From: an uncultured Gammaproteobacteria bacterium
Lineage (GTDB): Bacteria > Patescibacteriota > Microgenomatia > UBA10105 > UBA927
DNA: 64,000 nt
Direction of reading: 5' to 3'
Assembly: GCA_964430295.1 (NCBI GenBank)
Contig: CAYSEV010000003.1
Location: 6,184 to 70,183 of the forward strand
Under the pieces are notes generated by a model. That model searched no databases. It had not been told where the DNA came from and saw only the letters and a list, made by a program, of their open reading frames with translations. Shown here one piece after another: positions 18,384-28,608 of this stretch. Both the position numbers and the translations under genes were made by a program. The number at the start of each line of letters is the position of its first letter. Positions within the stretch are counted from its first letter, which is position 1.

Positions 18384-21380
18384 TCACTTGATGATAAATA
18401 ATAGGTCGGTTGTAAACATGGGAGTCTGTATATCCATCTTCCCTTTTATGACCTGTTGATGAAGAATTATTTCTCCATTTTCTGGATTAATCCAGTATAT
18501 TGTACCATCCTTATGCACCTCAAGTGAGAGCGTAGCTCTATTTTTTTCTGGATTAAATATTTTTGTATACACATATCCGTATATGATATCTGCGGATATA
18601 ACTGAAAACACCTTATGCTTTTTATTATTGGATGTAATATCGTATTTTTGAATATCAGTCCCTATATCAGCTATGTATGTAGAGAAAATTGAAGCGTAAG
18701 ATCTTTCTATAGGTCCTAAATATACATTGGATGGCCCAGTTTTGTTTTCAAAATACACATTCGGCATATTCCAAGATATTATTGACGCCTGTCTGAAAAA
18801 ACTTAACCAGAGTCTAATCCTGTATCTGATAGGAGAAAATATATCCCAATTTGCGAAATTATTCCCCTGTTCACTAAAGATCATCGGTTTATCATATTTC
18901 ACAAATTTATCTACCTCTCGGGCAAGATCCTGATCGCAATATTCATTACACTCTCCGCTATACCAGTGATAAGAAGTGGCCTCTATATCACTTAAGTCAG
19001 GTCTCTCCCAACTGGTTGTAATTGGGTGTTTATAGGGGTCTATAGCCCTTATATATGCGGCCATATAATGTATTAGGTCGTCACTGAGTTTGATTTCATT
19101 TGCAAGTTCCCACACATCAACATAGGCTCCGTATCGCGAGACTATATAATCCAGATAATTTTGTAATTGTTTTTTTTGGTCCGTTAATGGAATATCAGAA
19201 CCATAGGGTAATTCAAAGCTCATGAGGCTCATCCAGGTGTGGTATCTATTTTTCTTTAACGTGCTGAGAATAGAATCAAGCAAGATCCCTTCGTTTACTT
19301 TTGGACCAATATTACCTGATTTTCCGAAATTCCAAAGCATAAAACTACAGTTGCCAGCTCCCCATCTGTATGTATTAAATCCACTGTCAGCGTACGTTGC
19401 TAGGTAGTCTTCCACAGTTGTTGTTTTATAAAATGAATCATCGTCTGATCCTTTAACCTCATCGTCCAACGGCCATGCATTCAATGGGTTTCCATCATGA
19501 TGTAAATCATTTACACAATTTTGAATACCTATTGGTAAGAAGATATTTCCATTTGAACTCGCAAAGTACTTTTTGTTAATCTTTGAGAGGTAAATATAAC
19601 CGGGATTATTGGACTCTGTTACCAGAAAACTTCCTCTTTCCTGTTTGGTCTCAAATATCGAATTAGACAAGAATCTCCACTTCCAAATTCCGACCGTATC
19701 AGGTGAGAATCTAAGCTTCCACGTTTTTATATCATAATAAAACGCTTTTATAGTATATTCTTTATTGATTGGAGAGGTTAAGACAATACTGTATTCTGTG
19801 TTAAGCTGATCGCCCTTTTCTTTATTAGATTTCAATATGAGCTCAAAAATGCCATTTTTTAGTACAAATTTTTGTGGTTGTTCTATCGTTATTTTCAGAA
19901 GCTGTAGCTTGCTGTTGGCTTCATGAATTAAATAATGTATACGTGATATCAGTTCATTAATATAAGATATATTTATAAGATTTCTCTTTGTGATATTTCC
20001 ATGTAAAAAATCCGAATTTAAGCTCGTAATGCTGGTATTTTCTTTATTTAAAAAAAATATATCCTGATTAAAAGATTGTATGGAATCTATATCTATATCA
20101 TCAGAGGTATATTGCCATAACATATCTCCGTTTAGGTGATTTTGAAAGGAAACAACAGTTGATTTATCTGCTTTAGAAATAATAAAAACTCCTCGTTTAT
20201 TAGCTTTTGTTGCCACTGTGTCTATTTTTTTGTTTGTGCACCAATGTACGTCGCCGGAGAAAGACAAAGAACATTGTATTGTTTGGCCCACAATGACTAT
20301 ATTTTTATCAATGATTTGATATGAAAAATTTTGAATATTCGAAAAGGAATGTGACCACAGCTCGACACCATGTTTTGTGTCTAGAGCTACAAGAATTGTT
20401 GCATTAATATTAGAATATGTTACAAGTGCAAAATCTTTAGTTGCTTCCGTAATTCCAAGAGGACTATTATATGAATTATTATATGTCCACTCTTGTTTAG
20501 CAGTATTTGCATCTATACATTCAATTGCATTGTCATCTCGAATCACATATATACATGACACCCCCACTTGTAATGAATTATCAGATGAAGAAATCTCCAG
20601 TAAAGTTTCTCCAGATATTTTATTAAGAAGTTTGTATGTATTCGAATCATCCCAATATCCGATTGTTTTGTGAAATATAGAGGGTTTAGAAAAAAAGTAA
20701 TTATGTAAAGGCACATCCCATATTTTCTTACCGGTTCCCAAATCAATTGCAATAAGTCTGTTTTCGGTCGCACTATTAAGATATACAGTCGCATCATCTG
20801 TAGCAAATCTTCCGAAATGCAAAATTATCTCATCACTTTTATAATACGATGTATCTATTTGTTTTGTCGTATAAGTCCAGTGAAGTGATCCTGTGATTTT
20901 ATTAACAGCGTACAATGTCCCGTTTCTGCTCCCAAATAAGACATCTTGGTCAGTAACCACAGGTTCCGTATCAATTTTAGTTCGATCTGGTGTGGTAAAT
21001 CTCCAAAGTTCATTACCTGTATGTTTATCTAATGAATACAGATTTCCATCAAAATTCGTGAGAAATAGTTGATTATTCTTATCAAATTCGGATAAATAAA
21101 TTGAATAGCTTTGCTCATTGTGCCTCCAACGCAACAATCCGGTTCGTATATCTATAGAGGTCATTACGTTATCAAGTCCGCTATAAAATAAGGAGATGTT
21201 ATTAAAAGTGAGTGAGTGAAAAATTTTAGGAAGCGTTTTATGTGTCGCAACTGGATTTTTAAATGAATATACCCAGCCCGCTGAATTAAATATATTCCAT
21301 AGTAATATGGCCGTGCATACGATAAAACCAAAGAAAAAAATACGTATGATCAGTGCAAAATACTTCTTTATTTTTTGCAT
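18384..21380 (-). CDS. Membrane-anchored PQQ-like beta-propeller fused to a DUF5060-like domain and a clan GH-A glycoside hydrolase-like barrel
   Basis: Repeats of the type LYSLDKHTGNELWRF and LYAVNKITGSLHW; WKLRFSPDTVGIWKW; YIVSRYGAY..WELANE; DPYKHPIT; KPMIFSEQG. Confidence 0.72.
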   Translation of the reverse strand: MQKIKKYFALIIRIFFFGFIVCTAILLWNIFNSAGWVYSFKNPVATHKTLPKIFHSLTFNNISLFYSGLDNVMTSIDIRTGLLRWRHNEQSYSIYLSEFDKNNQLFLTNFDGNLYSLDKHTGNELWRFTTPDRTKIDTEPVVTDQDVLFGSRNGTLYAVNKITGSLHWTYTTKQIDTSYYKSDEIILHFGRFATDDATVYLNSATENRLIAIDLGTGKKIWDVPLHNYFFSKPSIFHKTIGYWDDSNTYKLLNKISGETLLEISSSDNSLQVGVSCIYVIRDDNAIECIDANTAKQEWTYNNSYNSPLGITEATKDFALVTYSNINATILVALDTKHGVELWSHSFSNIQNFSYQIIDKNIVIVGQTIQCSLSFSGDVHWCTNKKIDTVATKANKRGVFIISKADKSTVVSFQNHLNGDMLWQYTSDDIDIDSIQSFNQDIFFLNKENTSITSLNSDFLHGNITKRNLINISYINELISRIHYLIHEANSKLQLLKITIEQPQKFVLKNGIFELILKSNKEKGDQLNTEYSIVLTSPINKEYTIKAFYYDIKTWKLRFSPDTVGIWKWRFLSNSIFETKQERGSFLVTESNNPGYIYLSKINKKYFASSNGNIFLPIGIQNCVNDLHHDGNPLNAWPLDDEVKGSDDDSFYKTTTVEDYLATYADSGFNTYRWGAGNCSFMLWNFGKSGNIGPKVNEGILLDSILSTLKKNRYHTWMSLMSFELPYGSDIPLTDQKKQLQNYLDYIVSRYGAYVDVWELANEIKLSDDLIHYMAAYIRAIDPYKHPITTSWERPDLSDIEATSYHWYSGECNEYCDQDLAREVDKFVKYDKPMIFSEQGNNFANWDIFSPIRYRIRLWLSFFRQASIISWNMPNVYFENKTGPSNVYLGPIERSYASIFSTYIADIGTDIQKYDITSNNKKHKVFSVISADIIYGYVYTKIFNPEKNRATLSLEVHKDGTIYWINPENGEIILHQQVIKGKMDIQTPMFTTDLLFIIK

Positions 21381-21418
21381 TATTAATAAATATCCAACAT
21401 CTTATATCTATCCAAAAA

Positions 21419-22273
21419 TTATTTTAATATGTCTGTAATAATTGGGTATATCGCCACATTGTTAAGATAAATCGGAATTGACCAGCCGATTATAATTGGT
21501 TTATCTTCTAGGAACATATACGTATCATCTTGTTTTGTAACCCCAAGTTGCAATGTTAAAAATACATCTTTTTTCAACGGATCCTCTGTAACATTAGTTC
21601 TTCCGTCAGTCGTACTGACCACTCTTTCTGCAGGCCTCACATCGACATCAAGGATTTTTGCAATTATTTTTCCCGATGGATCTTTAATTTCAGCATTTTT
21701 CTCAACCGCATTTGCTATCCATGGTTCAACTCCTCGTGTGTATGCTGAATACGATGACCATGTATCGATCAGTCTTGCTTTTATAGTAACTGTAAAAATA
21801 CGTCTGGTATCAGAAATGCCGTCAATACCAGAAACTATTCCGTGGATATTGGAACCGTTAATTGTCACATCAATAGTTCTGCCGATTTCAAGAGGTTGAT
21901 ATAAAAATGTATATTTCTTTTGTTTTGCTTTGTATTTAGCTTTGACAGAGGCAGTAATCCACATCTCTTTATTTTGGTATCCCCACTTCCGTATATTTAA
22001 TATTTCCAAATTTTTTTTGCCAAAATTATCAAATTGAACATCACCTATCCGTATCTTATCAGCGACCCAAAATGGAGCATCTCCCCCACCATTGTTGGGA
22101 AAGTATGTTGGTGAGTTTATTACTTTAAACTCAATCTTAATCCACTTATCTTGATTTAATGATGTAGATATCAGAAACAGCAATATGCTCACCAATACAA
22201 CCGTAAAAAACCAATCCAAAGGCTTTAATTTTTTTAAATTAAGAAGAGTGTCAGAAAGCTGAATATTCACCAC
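21419..22273 (-). CDS. Membrane-anchored protein with two tandem DUF4330-like domains
   Basis: One TM helix; two similar halves; KILDVDVRPA..TTDGR..EDPLKKDVFLTL. Confidence 0.55.
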   Translation of the reverse strand: MVNIQLSDTLLNLKKLKPLDWFFTVVLVSILLFLISTSLNQDKWIKIEFKVINSPTYFPNNGGGDAPFWVADKIRIGDVQFDNFGKKNLEILNIRKWGYQNKEMWITASVKAKYKAKQKKYTFLYQPLEIGRTIDVTINGSNIHGIVSGIDGISDTRRIFTVTIKARLIDTWSSYSAYTRGVEPWIANAVEKNAEIKDPSGKIIAKILDVDVRPAERVVSTTDGRTNVTEDPLKKDVFLTLQLGVTKQDDTYMFLEDKPIIIGWSIPIYLNNVAIYPIITDILK

Positions 22274-22289
22274 ACTATTATACCTGAAA

Positions 22290-23756
22290 TTAAACTGCGG
22301 GCAATATCGATAAGAAAACCCACAACCATCCGATTATTTGTTGCTCTGTAAGTATAGGATAAAACTGAGAAAGTATCATAAAAGATATAATTGGAAGAAG
22401 GTAAATTGAATGATGCCCTATATACCCTTTGGAATGTTCGTTTATTCCACTCAAAAAATATTTTTTGGAATAACACAAAAAAAGCATAAAAGATAATAAT
22501 CCAGCATACCCGGACGCCACAAGAATTTGAGCGAATAGATTATGTGGTTGTGTGGGATATGAACTAAAACCACCTATTGTTTCAAGTAAAATTTGTGGAA
22601 ATGTTCCGAGTCCTATGCCAAAAGGATTTTGTGATACTATCTGAAAACTCTGTATTATGAGGTTCCAACGAAAATTCGCTCCTCCATCTTGTCCAAATGT
22701 AATAATAAATTGTGACAAACGCGGGATAACAAGAATGGGAAGCACAAGTACACCGATAATTCCTGATATTTTATATAATACAGGCAGCTTATTGGTTTCT
22801 CTTTGTTTTTTATATATATACAATAATTCAATTGCTACTATAATCCAAGACAACCTACTTGCTGATAATAGGAGCGCGACAAAAGAAGCAATAAATGCAA
22901 ATGAAGAGATTTTTTTTCCGAAATTTGACGTCCGTTTTGCAATTGAATAGTAGAATAGAAGCGGTAATATGAGTGCTATAAAAAATCCCAGAGAGTTTGG
23001 ATGCGAGAAAGTTCCTTGAATTCTGACAAATGAAATATCTTCGCTTGCAATATGAAGAATGCTGTCTGATAGAGACGGGTCAGCCGAATTTTCAATAAGC
23101 TTTCCTAAAGGACCTTTATTTATAAATTGGAGTATACTGATGAATCCCTCGAATATACCCAGTGCTGAAAAGATCGGGAGAAAATGATGAGTAACCCAAT
23201 ACCCTAATTTATACTGTTGAATATAGTAATACAGGTAAATATATAGTGAAAATTGCATAAGAAGAAGAAAGGATAACAATGGTATAGGTGAGATGATACT
23301 AGAAAATATATTTAATATAAGAAATGTTCCAATAAATATATCCTTAGTTTCGATTTTAGAAGTGGAGATCTTTATCTTTGGCAAATAAATAATATCTCTT
23401 AAAGATAGATATATAAGTATTAACACCATAAATCCAGTTAGCGATATACCCACAGACATAATAAAAGGTAATCTTCCATTTACATACTCAGGGGATACAA
23501 CCAGAAAATCGATGCTTTTTCCGCTTTGAAAAGGTAAACAAAATATAGAGGAATATAACAAAGCTGTCCGGATGGATTTGAAAACGTAAAGAAGACCACA
23601 AATGAAAAGTATAGCGAGAGCAAGAAGTATTTTATTATTAGGCGCGTATAACAATATGAAAAGAAACAGGATAGACCACCAGAATAGTTTTTTTTCAGTC
23701 GACCAACTATCTATGGTAGTGCGTACGCTACCTATTAAAGTATATAATCCGTTCAT
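22290..23756 (-). CDS. O-antigen ligase/polymerase-like (Wzy_C) membrane protein
   Basis: RIQGTFSHPNSLG, LSASRLSW, PFGIGLGTF, PHNLFAQ. Start moved to MNGLYT to avoid overlap with the divergent gene. Confidence 0.85.
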   Translation of the reverse strand: MNGLYTLIGSVRTTIDSWSTEKKLFWWSILFLFILLYAPNNKILLALAILFICGLLYVFKSIRTALLYSSIFCLPFQSGKSIDFLVVSPEYVNGRLPFIMSVGISLTGFMVLILIYLSLRDIIYLPKIKISTSKIETKDIFIGTFLILNIFSSIISPIPLLSFLLLMQFSLYIYLYYYIQQYKLGYWVTHHFLPIFSALGIFEGFISILQFINKGPLGKLIENSADPSLSDSILHIASEDISFVRIQGTFSHPNSLGFFIALILPLLFYYSIAKRTSNFGKKISSFAFIASFVALLLSASRLSWIIVAIELLYIYKKQRETNKLPVLYKISGIIGVLVLPILVIPRLSQFIITFGQDGGANFRWNLIIQSFQIVSQNPFGIGLGTFPQILLETIGGFSSYPTQPHNLFAQILVASGYAGLLSFMLFLCYSKKYFLSGINEHSKGYIGHHSIYLLPIISFMILSQFYPILTEQQIIGWLWVFLSILPAV

Positions 23757-23759
23757 AGT

Positions 23760-24929
23760 ATGAAAGATGCATTGGTAATTATACTGTATGATCATCCCAA
23801 AGAGCATACTGCCGACTATTGTACGCAAACTAGTTTGTTTTTTGAGAAAGAAAATTATGTGCTAGATGTTCTAATAAAAGACAGCTCTTCAATTAAAGAG
23901 ATACTTTACGGTAAAAAGAATATTCATATTATCCGCAAAGTTACTAATCGACGCATAGCATTCACGCCGCTTTATCTGATCCCCTTTAAACGTATCAGAA
24001 TAATTGAAAATCTAAATATGCAAATAAATATGTTTTGTATTCGTTTACTAATAACGGTAATTGAATTCTTCAAGAAATTTTCTAAAAAATATTTATGGGT
24101 ATACAGCCCGGATCAAACTTCAATTGCTTATTTATTTGATCAATCATATTACCTTGTTTACGATTGCGTTGATTATCATGGAGATGAAAATAATTCAGCA
24201 AGCGAAAGTATGCTTATACAACGAAGTAACACCATTGTTGTCAATTCTATGTCACTGTATAACATATATAAGCAGAAATATCCCAACGCACTATTATCGC
24301 CGTCAGGATTTGATTTAAGCACATTTGAAAAAAACGCCCGAGCAAAAAAAAGTACAAAAAGCACAAATCCGATTATCGGATACATAGGAGGCATAAATTC
24401 CAGATTGGATTTTAAGTTATTAGAAAAGATCATTCGCTCAAATCCGGACATCAGATTTACCTTTATTGGGCCTATCCAACAAAGAGAATCAACCTATATA
24501 TTTCAGTCTTTAGTTCTCCCTAAAATATCAAAATTGTTGTCTACTGAAAATGTTCAATACATCCCATACATGCCAAGGGAAAAAATAATTTCATATATAT
24601 CACAATTTTCGATTTCAATTATTCCATATGATAGTTCCCTGCCGTTTAATCGGTATAGTTTTCCGATGAAAATTATTGAATATTTTTATATGGGTATCCC
24701 TGTGCTTTCTACTCCAATTGACGAAATTAAGAGAATGTCACAATTTGTTTCGATTGGTAATACTCCTGCCAAGTGGAATTTTTACATCAGAAAGTTATTA
24801 AAAAAGCCGCAGAGCCTATATCTCAAAAAAAGAAAAAGGGTGTACGCTATACAACAAAGCTGGGATAAAAAATTTAATTATATTATGCATTCTATTGAAC
24901 CAAACAATATCATATTGGATAGAAAATAG
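23760..24929 (+). CDS. GT-B glycosyltransferase (GT4, TuaH-like)
   Basis: LVYDCVDYH, IGYIGGINSRLD, FPMKIIEYFYMGIPVLST. Confidence 0.88.
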   Translation: MKDALVIILYDHPKEHTADYCTQTSLFFEKENYVLDVLIKDSSSIKEILYGKKNIHIIRKVTNRRIAFTPLYLIPFKRIRIIENLNMQINMFCIRLLITVIEFFKKFSKKYLWVYSPDQTSIAYLFDQSYYLVYDCVDYHGDENNSASESMLIQRSNTIVVNSMSLYNIYKQKYPNALLSPSGFDLSTFEKNARAKKSTKSTNPIIGYIGGINSRLDFKLLEKIIRSNPDIRFTFIGPIQQRESTYIFQSLVLPKISKLLSTENVQYIPYMPREKIISYISQFSISIIPYDSSLPFNRYSFPMKIIEYFYMGIPVLSTPIDEIKRMSQFVSIGNTPAKWNFYIRKLLKKPQSLYLKKRKRVYAIQQSWDKKFNYIMHSIEPNNIILDRK

Positions 24930-24942
24930 AATCAAATTATAT

Positions 24943-25716
24943 TCATTTTTGTATGATGCCAAGTCCAGACTCTTTAGGAAACGGGAAAATAATTTTGTTA
25001 GTATGTTTTAGTTCTCTCCAGAGCTTCCATACTCCAAATTTTCCTAAATTTTTTGTCCATTTAACATGTACATCATGAAACACCATAAATCCCCCGTTTG
25101 TCAGCATCGGCCAAAATAACGAGTAATCCAGTTTTACTCCTTCGTATGAATGATTCCCGTCAACATAAATATATTGATATCTCTTCTTTGGATATGTAGT
25201 AGCGAATTCTTTTGTAGTCATTACGTATGTGCTTATATATGAAGAAAGTCCGAGTTTACTAAAATGTTTTTTTGCATCAATTTTTTTCCAAAATCCTATT
25301 CCACTCCAGTTATTTTTTTTATCATCTCTATCGAATCCGGCATCAACGAAATCAACGTGTCCACTAAAATTATCTTTGCAGGCCACAGACAGTATTGCCG
25401 GTATATACCCTGTCCTCGACCCTATGCATAGTATGGACACAGGTTTTATGTTACGGATAAGTGCGTAATGTATTAAACCGAATCCCAAAAAATACTGACT
25501 ATAGTTTATATTGTGTCCTTCATCAGCTCCGAAATGTGTATGGAGAATCCTTGAGACGTGTCGTTTAATGAGTAGTTGAGTATAAACTGAATGGCTGGGA
25601 ATATTATCAATAACGAAGTCAAAAGCACTATCTAGTATACTTCGTCCAAATCTATATAACTTCCGCATCCCAAAAAATTTATATTTAATAAGCAGATCCT
25701 GTATCATACAAGGCAT
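24943..25716 (-). CDS. Class I SAM-dependent methyltransferase (Methyltransf_24-like)
   Basis: ILCIGSRTGY, YVDGNHSYEGVKLDY, GGFMVFHD. The true start may be 25707. Confidence 0.85.
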   Translation of the reverse strand: MPCMIQDLLIKYKFFGMRKLYRFGRSILDSAFDFVIDNIPSHSVYTQLLIKRHVSRILHTHFGADEGHNINYSQYFLGFGLIHYALIRNIKPVSILCIGSRTGYIPAILSVACKDNFSGHVDFVDAGFDRDDKKNNWSGIGFWKKIDAKKHFSKLGLSSYISTYVMTTKEFATTYPKKRYQYIYVDGNHSYEGVKLDYSLFWPMLTNGGFMVFHDVHVKWTKNLGKFGVWKLWRELKHTNKIIFPFPKESGLGIIQK

Positions 25717-25794
25717 ATAGTATCAAAATACACATTAAATAACACTATTCTTATATTGAGGGAATTTAATATGGTTTAATGGTACTATTGCATC

Positions 25795-27141
25795 ATGATT
25801 TTTTCGATCTTTTACGAACAAATATACAAAAAAATTGCAAATAGCACTTGGCATAGATACCATAATTATCTGCTTAAACGTATAGCAGACCATAGGTACT
25901 CAAAGATTGGTCTTCTTTCCAAAATAGTGATACTAATCCAACTTATATCACTTGAAAAAAATAAACATAACTTGGGAGTACTGCAGTCACAGCCATCTGG
26001 TATGAGTATTCTTTATGCGAGTGTGGGAATGTTTTTTAATCTCAATCATTTAGGATCTGTATACATGGTTAGCGATAAATCACTCGGGATTTCTTATAGA
26101 TTAGAAAAAGACGTTATTGAATGGACAAAAAAACTGTTTCATGTGAATGATGATACTGTCGAGGGGTATGTAACAAGTGGTGGAACAGAATCAAATTTAT
26201 TCATGATGTGGTCATTGAGGGAATTTTTAAAATCAACAAAAAAAAGAAAAACATGTGTCTTAGTGACTTCGTTTACGCACTATTCCATACTGAAAGCCGC
26301 AAAAATGTTAAATATCGAGATAGCATATATTCCATTGGATAAATGTACGTGGTCAATGGATGTTACATTCCTACCTAACGCGATCTTTGCAATGCAGAAA
26401 CGAGGCTTCAAAAATATACTCGTAGTAGCTACCTTAGGGTACTCTTCTATAGGAACAAGTGACTCTATAATTGCCATTAACAGTATACTAAGCGATATTA
26501 CTAAACGTAATAAAGAGATCTTATGCGCAGGATGGGTTGATGCAGCTGCACAAGGCATTCCTTTTTCTTTACATCATGATCACGCAAATTTTCTATCATT
26601 AGATAATATATATGGTATATCCGTCGATTTCCATAAAACAGGAAATGCCCCTATTCCGTCAGGAGTAATCATATATAGAAATGTTTTAAGGAAAGCGATT
26701 CAGCAACCAATAGAATATTTGAAAGAATATGATGTAACAGTAAGCGGATCACGGCCCGGATTTTCATCACTATCAATTTGGTCAAGTATTTATGGTAAAT
26801 CGCTTGTTTCTATGAAGCGCAATTCGTTAAAGGCAGAACAAATTAAGTATCAGTTTATAAAAAAATTTAAAGAATCATTTCCTAAAGCCACTATAATTCA
26901 CAGTGAGTATTCGTATACATGTGCTATTGTTGTTAACAAATATTTTAACAAATTATCTGAAGTTGTTGAACAGAAATATAATCTGAATTTTTGTACTGTA
27001 CCTCTGCAATCAGGAAGCATGCTGAATCACTACAAAATTCATATAACTCCACTAACACGGGAAACTGTCCTGCAGCAATTCTTATCTGATGTGATAAATG
27101 ATCAGAATAACCATCAAAAGGGACGTTCTTTAGAATGTTAA
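25795..27141 (+). CDS. Group II PLP-dependent amino-acid decarboxylase (MfnA/HdcA/serine-decarboxylase-like), paralog A
   Basis: GYVTSGGTESN, THYSILKAA, WVDAA, SVDFHK (PLP lysine), APIPSG, TVSGSRPG. Confidence 0.88.
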   Translation: MIFSIFYEQIYKKIANSTWHRYHNYLLKRIADHRYSKIGLLSKIVILIQLISLEKNKHNLGVLQSQPSGMSILYASVGMFFNLNHLGSVYMVSDKSLGISYRLEKDVIEWTKKLFHVNDDTVEGYVTSGGTESNLFMMWSLREFLKSTKKRKTCVLVTSFTHYSILKAAKMLNIEIAYIPLDKCTWSMDVTFLPNAIFAMQKRGFKNILVVATLGYSSIGTSDSIIAINSILSDITKRNKEILCAGWVDAAAQGIPFSLHHDHANFLSLDNIYGISVDFHKTGNAPIPSGVIIYRNVLRKAIQQPIEYLKEYDVTVSGSRPGFSSLSIWSSIYGKSLVSMKRNSLKAEQIKYQFIKKFKESFPKATIIHSEYSYTCAIVVNKYFNKLSEVVEQKYNLNFCTVPLQSGSMLNHYKIHITPLTRETVLQQFLSDVINDQNNHQKGRSLEC

Positions 27142-28484
27142 TATCGATTGTTTAACAATAGTACTTCCTGCTTATGGGATCGTCCTTTATTATTATTCCA
27201 GTCCATTTCTCGTAACGTTAGAATAGTTTCAAACAAATCTTTACCCAAACTGTCCTTTAGTGACGTATCGTCTCTAAAATACGAAATAGCTTCTCCTAAT
27301 GTCCCCGGCAATGATTCACTTTTCCCTTGCTTCCTCCCCCAGCTTGATATTGTTTCGGAATGGCCGTTCATTTTGGCGTTAATTTCCATATGTTCCTCAA
27401 TACCATGTAAACCTGAAGCTATGATCGCACCTAACGCCAAATATGGATTCGAAGTCGCATCTGATGGCTTATATTCAATATTCGTAACTTGAGCATTATC
27501 TGATGCTCTCGGAATACGGATAATAGCATCCCTGTCTCCATATCCCCAGGTTATAATTGAACCGCTCCAGGAATTCGATAGAAATCTCCTATATGAATTA
27601 ATAGATGGGGATGTCAAACATAATAAGCTCCTCGCATGATGTAACAATCCTGCTATAAAAGATTTTGATATATCGGAAATTTCGCTGTTTCTACCCGTAT
27701 TTGCAGTGATATTTTTATGGTTGCGCCATATACTAAGATGAATATGTGTACCGCTACCGGCTTGTGAAGTAAACGGTTTGGGTAAGAATGATACTTCCAT
27801 TGAGTCTTGTCTTTGTACAATAGCGCGGATTGTTTCTCTAAATGTGACCTGTTGATCTGCAGCCGCTATGGCATCTTTATATTTTACCGATAATTCAAAT
27901 TGGCCGGTTCCAGACTCAGCATGGAGTGTTTCAGACATAATGCCTTGTGCTCGGAGTGCATCTGTTATTTCAGAAAAGAGATTTGCATATTTATCAAGCG
28001 GATATGTTTGTCCAAAAATTGAGTTATCCACCGGCAAAAAACCTTCAGATGTTTGCCGTAATAGGTAAAATTCGTTTTCGAAGGAAAATTTGAACGACAA
28101 TCCATATTTTGATGCTTTTCGAATCATGCGGTCTAAGAAATCTCTTGGACAGTTCTTCCATGCTGTCTCGCCTTCATATAAATAGCAAAAAACTTTCGCA
28201 TGACCCGCTGCATAGGGTACTATATTAAAAGTACTCCAATCTGGTCTTAACAAGACATCACCATGACAAAAATACGATACTGGAAACGTATATCCCGACT
28301 GTGTTTTAATCACTGGCTTTCCTGGTTTAGGAAAAGTTATACTTCTATATTCAGGATGGTGTAAATTATCTATATATACTGCTTTAGCTCCAATTACTCC
28401 GGAATGGTCACACCACATAAAACGAATATAGCGTATATTGTTTCGTTTTATTAAATCGCGGATTTTGCCTGGTATTTCCGACAT
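27138..28484 (-). CDS. Glutamine synthetase family protein (non-canonical; possible gamma-glutamyl-amine ligase)
   Basis: RFMWCD, FENEFYL, HAESGTGQFEL, FLPKPF..AGSGTHIHLS, SINSYRRF, IEYKPSDATSNPYLA. Confidence 0.88.
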   Translation of the reverse strand: MSEIPGKIRDLIKRNNIRYIRFMWCDHSGVIGAKAVYIDNLHHPEYRSITFPKPGKPVIKTQSGYTFPVSYFCHGDVLLRPDWSTFNIVPYAAGHAKVFCYLYEGETAWKNCPRDFLDRMIRKASKYGLSFKFSFENEFYLLRQTSEGFLPVDNSIFGQTYPLDKYANLFSEITDALRAQGIMSETLHAESGTGQFELSVKYKDAIAAADQQVTFRETIRAIVQRQDSMEVSFLPKPFTSQAGSGTHIHLSIWRNHKNITANTGRNSEISDISKSFIAGLLHHARSLLCLTSPSINSYRRFLSNSWSGSIITWGYGDRDAIIRIPRASDNAQVTNIEYKPSDATSNPYLALGAIIASGLHGIEEHMEINAKMNGHSETISSWGRKQGKSESLPGTLGEAISYFRDDTSLKDSLGKDLFETILTLREMDWNNNKGRSHKQEVLLLNNRY

Positions 28485-28608
28485 GCGCGTATGGTACTAC
28501 TGCTTTTACAGTGAGGTCAAGGAATATACCTGTATAATGCTATATCGTATACGGATTGTATCGTCTTTGATATTATATAGCTGAAATATAGGAAATACAC
28601 TCGCATAT

